The notes below the pieces were generated by a model. That model was not told where the DNA came from. It searched no databases and worked only from the letters and a program-made list of their open reading frames with translations. From assembly GCA_965208675.1 (NCBI GenBank), contig OZ242351.1:1056001-1120000 (forward strand): a DNA stretch of 64,000 bases, written 5' to 3'. The position numbers and the translations under genes were made by a program. Every line of letters starts with the position of its first letter. Within the stretch, counting starts at the first letter, position 1. Of this stretch, positions 30,574-40,666 are shown piece by piece. Source of the stretch: Candidatus Poribacteria bacterium. GTDB taxonomy: Bacteria > Poribacteria > WGA-4E > PCPOR2b.

Positions 30574-33500
30574 ATGTCTATTCCGAAAATTTCCGTGAGC
30601 AATCCCGTACTAGCGAACCTGCTCATGATTACTATAATCCTGTTTGGCGCATATTCTTGGATTGTTCTTCCAAGAGATTTAACGCCGGAAATCTCATTTC
30701 GAATTGCAACTGTCACGACCTTCTATCCCGGCGCCTCATCGGAAGAGGTTGAAAAACTTGTCACTGCACCAATCGAAGAGGCAATTGAAGAAGGCGTGAA
30801 TTATGTTGACCTTATGCTGTCCGTTTCATCGGAAGCGCGGTCAGTCATCTCAGTTCAATTTGAGGAGATTAGCGACCGCGATTTCGACAAAGAGTTTCAG
30901 AATCTCCGCACCTCGGTCGATAGGGTGAATGATCTCCCAAATGAAATTCCAGATGAACCTCAGGTTATGTCACTCGACACATCAACGGGTTTTCCGATGC
31001 TGACTATCGCTGTTGGCGGCAATATTTCGGAGAATGAGATGAAACAGATTGCCGAAAACCTGAAAGATGACATTCTGGAAATCGAAAATATTTCCACGGT
31101 GCGTTTGGTGGGTTTACGCGAAAGAGAAATATGGGTTGAAGCGGATCCGGATAGACTCAGGGCGCATAACCTTCCAATCAACGAGGTAATCAATGCGTTA
31201 AAAACGCATAACCTGAATGTCCCTGCAGGAACTTTGGAGATTGGCGCATCTGAATACTTGGTTCGCACGATGGGAGAGTTTGGGAATTTAGAAGAGATTG
31301 AAGATACTATCATTCGTGTCCGCGGTACAGGGACGCCCTTGCGCGTGAGCGACATTGCCAAGGTATCGGACACCTATGAGAAACCGCGAACCCTTTCGCA
31401 TATCAACGGCGCCCCATCCATCAGCTTGACCATCCAGAAGAAAACAGAGGGCAACACTATCAGGCTGGTTAAGCAGATTCGCGAACTAGTTGAGAAAAGA
31501 AAGCGTGATATACCTGAACAGGCTGAAATCTCCGTGGTGAATGACTACTCCGTCGTGTTGAGCGAGCGGCTCGGAATTCTGCAAAACAACGCCGTGTTTG
31601 GCATTATTCTTGTTGTTATTTTACTCTTCCTGTTTATGGGATGGCGGAATGCGCTGTTTGCGGCATTGGGCATCCCGGTCGCATTCATGGCGACATTTTT
31701 CTTTATGCAAGCAACAGGGTATATACTCAGCGGGGTTGCGTTATTCGGTTTAATTCTCGTGGTCGGTATTGTTGTTGACGACGCTATTGTAGTGATAGAG
31801 AATGTATTCCGCCACATTCAGCAAGGCAAGTCTCCCAAAGAAGCCGCGGTTGCAGGCGCCGAAGAGGTTGGGTGGCCAGTTCTGTCAGCCAGCTTAACTA
31901 CGATTGCCGCTTTTGGGCCGCTGATGTTCATGTCGGGCGTTTCGGGACAATTCATGCGTGTTGTCCCTATCGTCGCCATTTTGGTGATAATTGCGTCGCT
32001 GTTAGAGGTTTTCATGATTTTACCGGCTCACATCTCTGAATGGGGAAAACCACAAAGCCGGCATGAACGGCGGCATGTATGGTTTGATAAGGTTCGCAAA
32101 GGATATTTGAAAATATTAAAGCCGATGATTCGATGGCGGTATGTCGTGTTCAGCGGCGTTCTGGCTTTCGGCGCGATTGTCTGTGTTACAGCATTTTTAT
32201 TACTGGATAGAGAACTTTTCCCCGGCGAGGATTTTTCGCAATTTTACATTAAGGCAGAAATGCCAACCTCTTTCGGATTAACAGAAACGTCTGCCGTGTT
32301 GACAAAAATCGAAGAAATTGCAATGTCCCTGCCGGCGCATGAGCGGGTCGCTGTCATATCCAATATCGGTATGCTCACACCAACATCCGGAATGGATAGT
32401 ACTACGCTAAGATCGAATGCCGGCGAGGTTCTGGTAGAACTTGTGCCGAAAGATCAGCGCGATCGGAGCGTGGACGAAATAATCGCATCCCTACGTGAAA
32501 AGACTGTGGCAATCGGCGGCGTTGAAAAGCTTTTATTTGACAAATTGCAAGGCGGTCCCCCGCAAGGCCGAGATGTTGAAGTGAAGGTCAAAGGAGAACA
32601 CTTTGAACCCTTACAGAGGATTGCAGGATTGCTCAAGGATGAACTTCGCAAGATGGATGGCGTGTACGACATACGAGATGATTTCCTCACGGGCAAAGCT
32701 GAACTTCAAATTCGAATCAATGAGGAAAAAGCACATCAATACGGGTTGAATATCTTCCAAATCGCTTACACGATGCGCAACGCCCTTGAAGGGAACATCA
32801 CCACCACCTATCGTGATGCGGATGAATCTATCGACGTAGTTGTGAAGTATGATCGAGGCAGCCTACAGACAATCTCGGATCTCCGGGAACTGCTTATCGC
32901 GGCCCCAAACGGCACTATTGTACCGTTGAAGGATGTGGCGGAGGTGCAAGAGAACCAAGGATATATGGAAATACGGCGTTTTGAAAACGAACGTGCAATC
33001 ACCGTGTTTGCCAGTGTGGAAAAAGAAAAGATTTCTGCCGTTGACGCCAACCAAGCACTAATTCAAGCTTTCGGCAACGTCGGGTCAATGTTTCCCGGCT
33101 ATCGGCTTGACTTTCGCGGTGTGTTCGACCAAATCAATGAGTCGTTTGCCGAACTTGTAAGACTATTTGTGGTTGGCCTATTGATAATCTATGTGATTTT
33201 AGGCACACAGTTCAAATCATTCCTTCAACCGATTATTATCCTCTTTGCGGTTCCGTTCGGAATTATCGGCGCTATGGTTGGACTATTAGCGGTCGGATCG
33301 ACGTTGAGCATGATTGCTATGTTCGGGATTGTTGCGCTCGCAGGTATCGTAATCAATGACTCCATTGTATTGATAGACTTCATCAATAGATACCGCGACC
33401 GCGGCTACAATAAGTGGCGCGCAATCCTCAAAGCCGGAAGCATTCGGTTACGTCCTATTATCTTGACCTCTGTGACCACTATCGTCGGATTGATACCGAT

Positions 33501-33717
33501 GGCGACAGGGCTTGGCGGAAAGTCTCCGATTTGGATGCCGTTGGCGAGCACAATTATATTTGGACTTTCTGCTGCGACGCTCTTGACGTTATTTGTGATG
33601 CCGCCATTATACGCGATAATAGCCGATTTGCGCGGCGTGTTCATCAGGCAAGAGCGCCGAGTATCTGTGCGTGAGGTTGAGGAAATTCCCGATGCTGCGG
33701 TACCTGCAGATGATTGA
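30574..33717 (+). CDS. RND efflux permease (AcrB/AcrD/AcrF family)
   Basis: 1047 aa; GIVVDDAIVVIEN, GIVINDSIVLIDF and RLRPIILTSVTT motifs. Confidence 0.95.
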   Translation: MSIPKISVSNPVLANLLMITIILFGAYSWIVLPRDLTPEISFRIATVTTFYPGASSEEVEKLVTAPIEEAIEEGVNYVDLMLSVSSEARSVISVQFEEISDRDFDKEFQNLRTSVDRVNDLPNEIPDEPQVMSLDTSTGFPMLTIAVGGNISENEMKQIAENLKDDILEIENISTVRLVGLREREIWVEADPDRLRAHNLPINEVINALKTHNLNVPAGTLEIGASEYLVRTMGEFGNLEEIEDTIIRVRGTGTPLRVSDIAKVSDTYEKPRTLSHINGAPSISLTIQKKTEGNTIRLVKQIRELVEKRKRDIPEQAEISVVNDYSVVLSERLGILQNNAVFGIILVVILLFLFMGWRNALFAALGIPVAFMATFFFMQATGYILSGVALFGLILVVGIVVDDAIVVIENVFRHIQQGKSPKEAAVAGAEEVGWPVLSASLTTIAAFGPLMFMSGVSGQFMRVVPIVAILVIIASLLEVFMILPAHISEWGKPQSRHERRHVWFDKVRKGYLKILKPMIRWRYVVFSGVLAFGAIVCVTAFLLLDRELFPGEDFSQFYIKAEMPTSFGLTETSAVLTKIEEIAMSLPAHERVAVISNIGMLTPTSGMDSTTLRSNAGEVLVELVPKDQRDRSVDEIIASLREKTVAIGGVEKLLFDKLQGGPPQGRDVEVKVKGEHFEPLQRIAGLLKDELRKMDGVYDIRDDFLTGKAELQIRINEEKAHQYGLNIFQIAYTMRNALEGNITTTYRDADESIDVVVKYDRGSLQTISDLRELLIAAPNGTIVPLKDVAEVQENQGYMEIRRFENERAITVFASVEKEKISAVDANQALIQAFGNVGSMFPGYRLDFRGVFDQINESFAELVRLFVVGLLIIYVILGTQFKSFLQPIIILFAVPFGIIGAMVGLLAVGSTLSMIAMFGIVALAGIVINDSIVLIDFINRYRDRGYNKWRAILKAGSIRLRPIILTSVTTIVGLIPMATGLGGKSPIWMPLASTIIFGLSAATLLTLFVMPPLYAIIADLRGVFIRQERRVSVREVEEIPDAAVPADD

Positions 33718-33800
33718 AAAATGAAGCCTGATACATCGTCAATAGTCAATGCAACTAAAAATTACACTTCACCTGCAATCCAATCAAAAAAGCAGCGTTA

Positions 33801-33827
33801 CCCCCCCTAGCCCCCTTATCAGGGGGT
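33801..33827. repeat. CCCCCTAGCCCCC...GGGGG short palindromic repeat
   Basis: ccccccctagcccccttatcaggggg, related to copies at 19958, 52466 and 52815. Confidence 0.5.
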
Positions 33828-33906
33828 ATCTGATGTGTGTAAATAAACATGTTAATGACTATAGAAGTCAAACATCACTTTCCCGGCTTAGGAAAATTAA
33901 TGTCCA

Positions 33907-34887
33907 ATGTCTGAAAGACGAGTTGCAATTGACGCTGTCCTGCAGGCAATTCAATTATGCCAGCGTGTGCAAGCCGAAATGGTAGATTCAGATTCGGTTG
34001 ACAAGTCTGATGGAAGTCCTGTAACCGTTGCGGACTTTGGATCGCAAGCGATAATTTGCCGGATAATAAGTGATAAGTTTCCAGATGATGCTATCGTTGC
34101 AGAAGAGGATTCCCAAGCATTGCGTAAAGATTCAACGCTTCTTGACCGTGTGGCGTCTTTCGTCTCGCAACAGGGAGAAGATTCATCGAGTCAAGCGGTT
34201 TGTGATTGGATAGACCGGGGGCGGGGGAAAATCGGTCAACGTTTCTGGACGTTGGATCCAATTGATGGAACGAAAGGATTCCTTCGGGGGGATCAATATG
34301 CTATTGCACTCGCATTGATTGTCAATGGAGCGGTGCAGCTTGGTGTGTTGGGGTGTCCGAATCTCCGGCAAGAATGGAAAATGGCGGGAGAAGAACGCGG
34401 ATGCCTTTTTGCGGCAGAACGAGGCAGTGGAACGCACATGCTTTCACTGGATAGCCGTATCAAAGAACCGGTTCGCGTTTCTTACACCGTGCACCGCCTT
34501 GCAGAGAGTTTTGAATCTGCGCACGGCGACGGTGCTGCCAATGCATCCATAGCCCGCAATCTCAAGTTTACAGAACCTCCAATTCGGGTTGACAGCCAGG
34601 CAAAATACGGACTTGTCGCACGCGGCGATGCGTCGGTATATATTCGTCTACCAAATCCGCTCTCGCCTGACAGACGGGAATGTATTTGGGACCACGCGGC
34701 TGGACTAATTGTAGTGGAGGAGGCGGGCGGCACGGTAAGCGATGCAGGCGGGAAGCGGTTGGATTTCCTTCAAGGGCGTCGGCTTACCGCCAACCGCGGG
34801 ATTGTGGCAACTAACGGCTTACTGCACCCTCATGTGCTTGAAGGCGTTCGGCTGCATGCAAAAACCGCCAGCGGACCGCCTATTTGA
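33907..34887 (+). CDS. 3'(2'),5'-bisphosphate nucleotidase, HAL2/SAL1 type
   Basis: KSDGSPVTVADFGSQA, WTLDPIDGTKGFLRG, DSQAKY and IWDHAAG motifs. Confidence 0.92.
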   Translation: MSERRVAIDAVLQAIQLCQRVQAEMVDSDSVDKSDGSPVTVADFGSQAIICRIISDKFPDDAIVAEEDSQALRKDSTLLDRVASFVSQQGEDSSSQAVCDWIDRGRGKIGQRFWTLDPIDGTKGFLRGDQYAIALALIVNGAVQLGVLGCPNLRQEWKMAGEERGCLFAAERGSGTHMLSLDSRIKEPVRVSYTVHRLAESFESAHGDGAANASIARNLKFTEPPIRVDSQAKYGLVARGDASVYIRLPNPLSPDRRECIWDHAAGLIVVEEAGGTVSDAGGKRLDFLQGRRLTANRGIVATNGLLHPHVLEGVRLHAKTASGPPI

Positions 34888-34945
34888 AATTGCAATCATA
34901 TATCCAAGAGATTGGGCTTCAATCAGAACGACCTTGGCACTGCGT

Positions 34946-35644
34946 TCATGTTCCCAATCGCGTTTGCCTTAACAGGCCGTACCCTTCCATAATTTGCGTG
35001 CAGTTATTCTCACCAATGATGTCGGCGCCGGCTTCAAGCATTGCGAGCGCCTTCTCGGTCGTCGCTATGTGGCCGCCCGCTGCCTTGACTCCGAAATCTG
35101 GTCCAACAGCATCGCGGAGAATGCGAACGTGGTCGAGCGTGCACCCGCCGCGCCAGCCGGTCGACGTCTTCACGAAATCAGCTCCGGATTCCTTTACCAG
35201 TTTGGCTGCTGCGACGATCTCCGCTGTAGAAAGCATTGTGGTCTCAACGATGAACTTAACCTCTGCATCCGGATTCGCCTGCCGAGCCGCATTGACCATC
35301 GCCCTCAACTCTCGCCGAACGTAATCGAGATTGCCCGCGCGCAGCGCAGGATAGTTAATCATGCAGTCGATACTGTCCGCTCCCTTTTCCACCATCATCT
35401 TGGCTTCCAAAACCTTCACTTCAGGCGGTGAAAATCCACTGGGGAAAGCCACGATTCCCACGATGGGGATTCCGCTGCCTTCCATTTCACGCTTTACCAC
35501 ATCCATCATATACCAAGTCGCGCACATGGCTCGCAAGCCGTATTTTTTGGCTTCGCTGCAGCGCAATATCCAGCCCTCTTCTAATTCTTCGGCTTCTCTG
35601 CACCCGAGTTCCAGCGATTGCGCTAGTTGTTCTTTAGTAATCAT
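34946..35644 (-). CDS. deoC: Deoxyribose-phosphate aldolase-like (divergent paralogue)
   Basis: VAFPSG, VKFIVET, DFVKTSTG and GVKAAGG motifs; N-terminal DHT motif absent. Confidence 0.75.
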   Translation of the reverse strand: MITKEQLAQSLELGCREAEELEEGWILRCSEAKKYGLRAMCATWYMMDVVKREMEGSGIPIVGIVAFPSGFSPPEVKVLEAKMMVEKGADSIDCMINYPALRAGNLDYVRRELRAMVNAARQANPDAEVKFIVETTMLSTAEIVAAAKLVKESGADFVKTSTGWRGGCTLDHVRILRDAVGPDFGVKAAGGHIATTEKALAMLEAGADIIGENNCTQIMEGYGLLRQTRLGT

Positions 35645-35681
35645 TTGGTTTTCCTTCCACACTAAATACGTTTAACGACGG

Positions 35682-37202
35682 TCATTGGTGCGGCCAAATC
35701 GGTTCCATGTCCCATGCGTCGAGCGAAACGAGTTTCGCTGTGCCGCCGCGCGCATATATAGAGACATCCACGCCTTCAAAACTGCCGGGATATATGCGTT
35801 TCGCCAGGCAACTCCGTTTGTTAGCGAATACTTCGATTACCGACCGATCGAGAAAAATTCGAAGCCGAAGCGGTTCGTTGTCACCAAGCGCTAAAGGCGC
35901 CGCCTGTTCCTCAAAATCCACGACATCGGGGTTTTGGCTTGAACGGCTGACATCAATCTTTATCCGGCACTCGGGACTCGTATAACTCACGAGGGTCTGC
36001 TCTGCACCACCGGAAGAATACCGTATCGCCAAACCGCACTCACGCGCTGAGACTAGTTCAATCACGGCGCTAATCTCAAGAACGTCGTTACCGATGCCTG
36101 CAAGACTAATCTCCTCGCCGGGAGAGATAACTATCCCAGACACTCGGCGCCGCCGCCGCCGCAGCTTATCCATCTCGGCAATCGGCTCCATTCTCAACAC
36201 CCCGCTGCCGGTTAAGGACAGAACCCTAGGAATAGCCATGATGCCGCACCAGCCGGCGGCTTGTTGAACCGAGAACCGCCGCCCTTCGCCAATCCACGAA
36301 AACATTATGCGCCGCCCGTCCGGAGCCTTCAGCGTCGCCGGAGCTAGGTAGTTGCCAGATTCCATCGTGACACCAATTGTGGGATTGTGATTGAGGCGGC
36401 TGTGTTTCTCCGGGTGAAACTTCTTCTCCGAAGGCGAATATGTACCGAGGTAGTATTGCGCACCGTGCTTGTGACTGGAGAAAATGAGCATGTGCTTGTC
36501 GCCGATAGAGAAAAAGTCAGGGACGGCGCAATCCTCATCAACCTCCGTCCACCCCCGCTTGCTCTCATAAAACTCGTGCTGGTATTCCCAGTGAATGAAA
36601 TCCGTGGAGGTCAGTAGAAAAGCCGTGTCACCACGTTCGGTACGCCCGCCGCAAATTAGATGCCAGAGATCTCCAAATTTCCAGACGCAAGGGTCAAACG
36701 GTTTCCACGGCGAACCCGCGGGCGGGGGCGGAATGATAGGATTGCCCTCAAATTTTTCCCAATGGACGAGCGACAAATCTGCGGGGTGGCTGCGGGCAAT
36801 ACATATTCCAGCCGGATTGCCGTAGTAAACCGCGGTCGGCACACCATCAACGATTACAATTGGCCCGCTCCAGCAACCGTTGCTATCCTGACCGCCGGGC
36901 GTCGGCGCAAGCGCCACCGGCAAATCCGTCCAATGGACGAGGTCCTCACTCATGGCATGCCCCCAATGCATATTAGAATCTTCCACTTCGTAGGGGTTGT
37001 TCTGATAGAATAGGTGGTACTTCCCCTGCCAGTAGAGGGGGCCGTTAGGGTCTTTGAGGAGATTGGCTGGCGCGACATAATGATAGAGCGGCCGATAAGG
37101 ATCGGCAGCACGCCGCACCCGGGCTCTCTTTACGGCCGCCGGAAGATTTAGCGGTGCGAGCGATTCGACGAGCATGTCTTTGGTCATATCACTGTGGCTC
37201 AT
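35682..37202 (-). CDS. Glycoside hydrolase family 32 protein with non-canonical catalytic motifs
   Basis: RPLYH, DPNG, YHLFYQ, HWGHA.S.DLVHW, CWSG and LDRSVIEVF; RDP reads FDP and WECP reads CAVP. Confidence 0.88.
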   Translation of the reverse strand: MSHSDMTKDMLVESLAPLNLPAAVKRARVRRAADPYRPLYHYVAPANLLKDPNGPLYWQGKYHLFYQNNPYEVEDSNMHWGHAMSEDLVHWTDLPVALAPTPGGQDSNGCWSGPIVIVDGVPTAVYYGNPAGICIARSHPADLSLVHWEKFEGNPIIPPPPAGSPWKPFDPCVWKFGDLWHLICGGRTERGDTAFLLTSTDFIHWEYQHEFYESKRGWTEVDEDCAVPDFFSIGDKHMLIFSSHKHGAQYYLGTYSPSEKKFHPEKHSRLNHNPTIGVTMESGNYLAPATLKAPDGRRIMFSWIGEGRRFSVQQAAGWCGIMAIPRVLSLTGSGVLRMEPIAEMDKLRRRRRRVSGIVISPGEEISLAGIGNDVLEISAVIELVSARECGLAIRYSSGGAEQTLVSYTSPECRIKIDVSRSSQNPDVVDFEEQAAPLALGDNEPLRLRIFLDRSVIEVFANKRSCLAKRIYPGSFEGVDVSIYARGGTAKLVSLDAWDMEPIWPHQ

Positions 37203-37295
37203 TTAGCTCCTCTTGCCGTTCTGACCGTCGCTATAAGCACTCAACCCGATGAGCACCAGACGCGCCGATAACAGTGTGCAGAATAGCCGTTTCAT
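37203..37295 (-). other. 30-codon mini-ORF, an inverted copy of the LamG signal peptide at 38391
   Basis: MKRLFCTLLSARLVLIGLSAYSDGQNGKRS vs MKRLFGTMLSVSLVLIGLSAYSIDQN; upstream leader also homologous. Confidence 0.8.
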
Positions 37296-37576
37296 AGACA
37301 ACCCCCTCATTTTTCTGCCACCCTCGGTTTGAATTAGCTAATCCAACTATGCGAAGCAAGATACACAAACGTTACAACTCAAACGAATACTTTTCCGCCT
37401 CGATTGCACAGATTCGGGGCTTTTGGCGATAAAACCCATGGGCATGGGTGAAGCGTTTTAGCTGCCGCCCGCTTCTATGAGTGGGTTCAAGCGTAACGGA
37501 CATTATAACACGATTACGGGAGATTAAACAGACAATTTGCAGTAAGCCTAACGGCGAGGACTCCTCGCCAATTGAC

Positions 37577-38171
37577 TAGGGCGTGTTGACATTTGGCATC
37601 CCGTAGGTTGAATTGAACGGTTAAACGGCAGTCCCTATCAAGTACAAAGGAATCTTTTGTAACACAATCTGTTAGATTGTGATCCGAGCCCGCAAACTAA
37701 CAGTTTGCGCTACTTATATCAGATTATCCAATGGTGACAACGTTTGCCGAATCTGTAGCCTCAAAATGTCAACAGAACCTAATACGGGTTGAATCAATTA
37801 TTGATTGTTCGGTCGAGATTTATATTCGACGACGAAACGTCAATCTTGAAAAACGACCTACAGCAATTCTTAATCGTCTCTGACTTTTGAACAGCGGGTT
37901 GGGAAACCCGACCCTTTTTTCACAATTGGATACGATTTCGGACTGCTGTAGGTTGTTTGACCAAAATCGACTCAATCTGTATGGTTGGAAGTTCCATGCC
38001 CGCGTTGGTCAATGGGCGAGGTAACCAGATAAACACTATAAGTAAAACTATCGCACTCCCTATTCAGTCGCTTGATCCCTCGCTATTCACTCGGTTGATC
38101 CCCTACGAAAATATTTGCGCCTTCGAGACTCCGTTAATCGTTCAATTGCGATAAAATGTCAATAGAAACTA
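37577..38171. mobile_element. Cluster of IS5-type MITE(s) with nested REP fragments
   Basis: Left end TAGGGCGTGTTGACATT (37577); right ends AATGTCAACAGAACCTA (37781) and AATGTCAATAGAAACTA (38171). Confidence 0.7.
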
Positions 38172-38390
38172 AATCGGCTACATTTTTTTTACACTATTTT
38201 TCCGATGTATAGTATAATATGGTGAGTTACAATATTTTGCGCCGCATAGATTATTATGAAGAAATGGGCGTATTTTCGCAAATTTGCGCAAGTTTGTTTC
38301 CCTTAAGTCACAGGATTCGCGCATCTAGCTTCGCTTAGTTGGGTATGGTGATTCAAACCGAAGGTGTCATAAAAACGAAAGGGGTTCTGT

Positions 38391-39218
38391 ATGAAACGGC
38401 TATTCGGCACAATGTTATCGGTGAGTCTGGTGCTCATTGGGTTGAGTGCTTATAGCATCGATCAGAATAACATCCTCGTCCATTGGTCATTCGACGAACT
38501 TGATGGAGAGATTTTTAAAGATGAATCGGGTAATGGCCATGATGGAAGACTTGATGGCGACGGCGCAGTCGTCGAAGGGAGAATTAACAACGCTGTCCAT
38601 CTGACTGGCGGTTACGTCACTTTGGCTTCGGGTATAGGCAATGTTGTTGAGTCCGTGGGCGAAACAGGCGAAATCTCTATGGAGGCGTCGATTTACATGA
38701 GCGCCCACGACGCTTGGGATTCGGTAATTTCAATTGGGGAAGGCGATGAGAATGGTCCGCTTGAGGGAAACAGAGCAATCATTTTCCGAATGATGGTCTC
38801 CCCCGATCTTACGCCATACTGGAACATAGGTTATCGAGCAGACCACAACTTCCCAGATTTCGTGTTCGACCTGGACACATGGTATCACTACGTTATTACG
38901 GGCGATAGCGAAACCAGCAAAATTTACATTAACGGCGAGCTAATTGTTGAAGACCCGCATTCCAACCACAATGTACCGGAGGACTTCGCATTCGCGACGT
39001 ATACGGATGTGTTCATGTTTGTTGGAGCGGGCGAAGCACCACACGTCTGGAGGTTTGAAGACGCAATTGTTGATGAAGTTGCAATCTACAATAAGGTGCT
39101 CTCCGAAGGCGAAATCAACGATTTGATGGCGAACGGGATTCCCGGTGTCCTCACCTCAGTTGATGCAAAGGACAAATTAGCCGCACGCTGGGGAGAAATT
39201 AAAGCGCAGCATGAATAG
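38391..39218 (+). CDS. Secreted LamG (ConA-like) domain protein 1
   Basis: Signal peptide, HWSFDE, WYHYV, KIYING, VDEVAIYNKVLS; tail VDAKDKLAARWGEIK. Confidence 0.9.
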   Translation: MKRLFGTMLSVSLVLIGLSAYSIDQNNILVHWSFDELDGEIFKDESGNGHDGRLDGDGAVVEGRINNAVHLTGGYVTLASGIGNVVESVGETGEISMEASIYMSAHDAWDSVISIGEGDENGPLEGNRAIIFRMMVSPDLTPYWNIGYRADHNFPDFVFDLDTWYHYVITGDSETSKIYINGELIVEDPHSNHNVPEDFAFATYTDVFMFVGAGEAPHVWRFEDAIVDEVAIYNKVLSEGEINDLMANGIPGVLTSVDAKDKLAARWGEIKAQHE

Positions 39219-39363
39219 AACCTCAGCGATGAATATTTACATTTATGATGTTTAGTAATTTATTGATTGTAGGGGCGTAGGCGCTTTGCCCCTACAATAC
39301 CTTTATCATCGGTCATTACCGATGCAAATGCCCAGAATTCCCGCGAATTTGTAGGAGAGTGCC

Positions 39364-40161
39364 ATGAACACATATGACTGCGAACCTACACTGACCGACA
39401 CACAAGTATTGGAGTTCTGCAAGCAGGGCTTCTTGATGCTGGAGGGCGTTGTTCCCGATGAAATCAACCGGCAGGCGTTTGAATTCTTGGAGGAACACAC
39501 CGAGCACGGATGTTCTGTTGGCAGTATAGACGGGGTTATTGAGAACGTGCTGCTAAACCCGCAAGCCACAGGCGCAATACGGTCTCTCCTAGGCAAGAAC
39601 TTCACCTATCCTGCGGACCTGTACGGTCCTGGAAATCAGATACAGTGTCCAAAACCGGCAGGCCCGTGGCACATAGACGGCGGCGCCGTGTTTGGTCCCC
39701 ATCTCGACTGTCTGCAGGTTTTCTACATCCCGCAGGATACGCCGCTAGAACTGGGACCGACCGAGGTGTTGCCGGGCTCCCATTTCCTCATTGCTGACGG
39801 CATTCCTTCCATGGCGCACTACGGCAGTATTCGGGGCGCGGTTGCCACAGCGGGACCGGCAGGTTCTATTTTTCTCACCGCCTACCCCATTTGGCACCGC
39901 CGCGGGGCATCTACGGCAAACGGCGTCCGCAATTTGCTGAAGTATTCCTATAAACGCACCGTGCCGCCGGAACGAGACTGGATTCGAGAACCGAACTTCG
40001 TGCCCCGGCGTGCTAAGGATGCACCGCCGCGGCAAAAATTTCATCGAGAACACCAACGAGCCATCTATGATGCTGCCGAGATGTTCTACTGGCTTTGCGG
40101 TATGCACAGCGAATATCATACGACCAGCGGAAATAATTTTCCGGTTCACCATTCTAGTTGA
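39364..40161 (+). CDS. PhyH family dioxygenase (copy A)
   Basis: WHID, GPTEVLPGSH and IWHRR motifs. Confidence 0.9.
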   Translation: MNTYDCEPTLTDTQVLEFCKQGFLMLEGVVPDEINRQAFEFLEEHTEHGCSVGSIDGVIENVLLNPQATGAIRSLLGKNFTYPADLYGPGNQIQCPKPAGPWHIDGGAVFGPHLDCLQVFYIPQDTPLELGPTEVLPGSHFLIADGIPSMAHYGSIRGAVATAGPAGSIFLTAYPIWHRRGASTANGVRNLLKYSYKRTVPPERDWIREPNFVPRRAKDAPPRQKFHREHQRAIYDAAEMFYWLCGMHSEYHTTSGNNFPVHHSS

Positions 40162-40501
40162 GTCTAACTTTTCGTCTGCTAATACGGAGAAGGCTATGCC
40201 AAGCGGCCGCCGTTGAGTTCACATTGATACGTTGCGGCGCGGGCTTGAGCAGAATGCTTCCGTAAAATTCCTTTCCTCTCAATCAAGACGCTGATACTAT
40301 TTGCAGTGAGTATCAACAATCCTACCAACCGTCGTAAGCTGAACCCAAGGCTTGTAAGGCGACACCATTAGCAATCAGGATTATTTCAAAAGAGAAATTC
40401 ACGCAGGCATTAAGAGATAACTTGTGTGAGACTAATCCTACCAACACAATCTTGACGATTTTGCAATCCATTGAGTCAGCCCTGCAATGGAAGGCATAAC
40501 G

Positions 40502-40615
40502 ATGTACGCCCAGCGTGCTAGGGTTTACCCCCGCGGGCGTAGTTTTTATGTTCGCGGGAATAATTCTCGCGGAACAAGACCGCGCCGAATTAGTTATCAG
40601 TAATAACTAAAGACG
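40502..40615 (+). pseudogene. Decayed 5' remnant of the LamG gene at 42799
   Basis: ccgcgccgaattagttatca matches ccgcgccgaattagatatca near 42876; same position after a homologous intergenic region. Confidence 0.6.
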
Positions 40616-40666
40616 ATTCAGGTGCGGCAATTGGTTGTTTAATTTGAATGTAAAGGAGTGCTAAAA

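Noticed and set aside
33907-34887. Eukaryote-to-bacterium transfer of a HAL2-type nucleotidase
   Set aside because: This subfamily also occurs in bacteria, and nothing in the sequence indicates recent transfer.
39268-39296. Terminator between LamG and PhyH (also 41556-41583)
   Set aside because: GTAGGGGC...GCCCCTAC hairpins lack a U-tract and look like single REP units.
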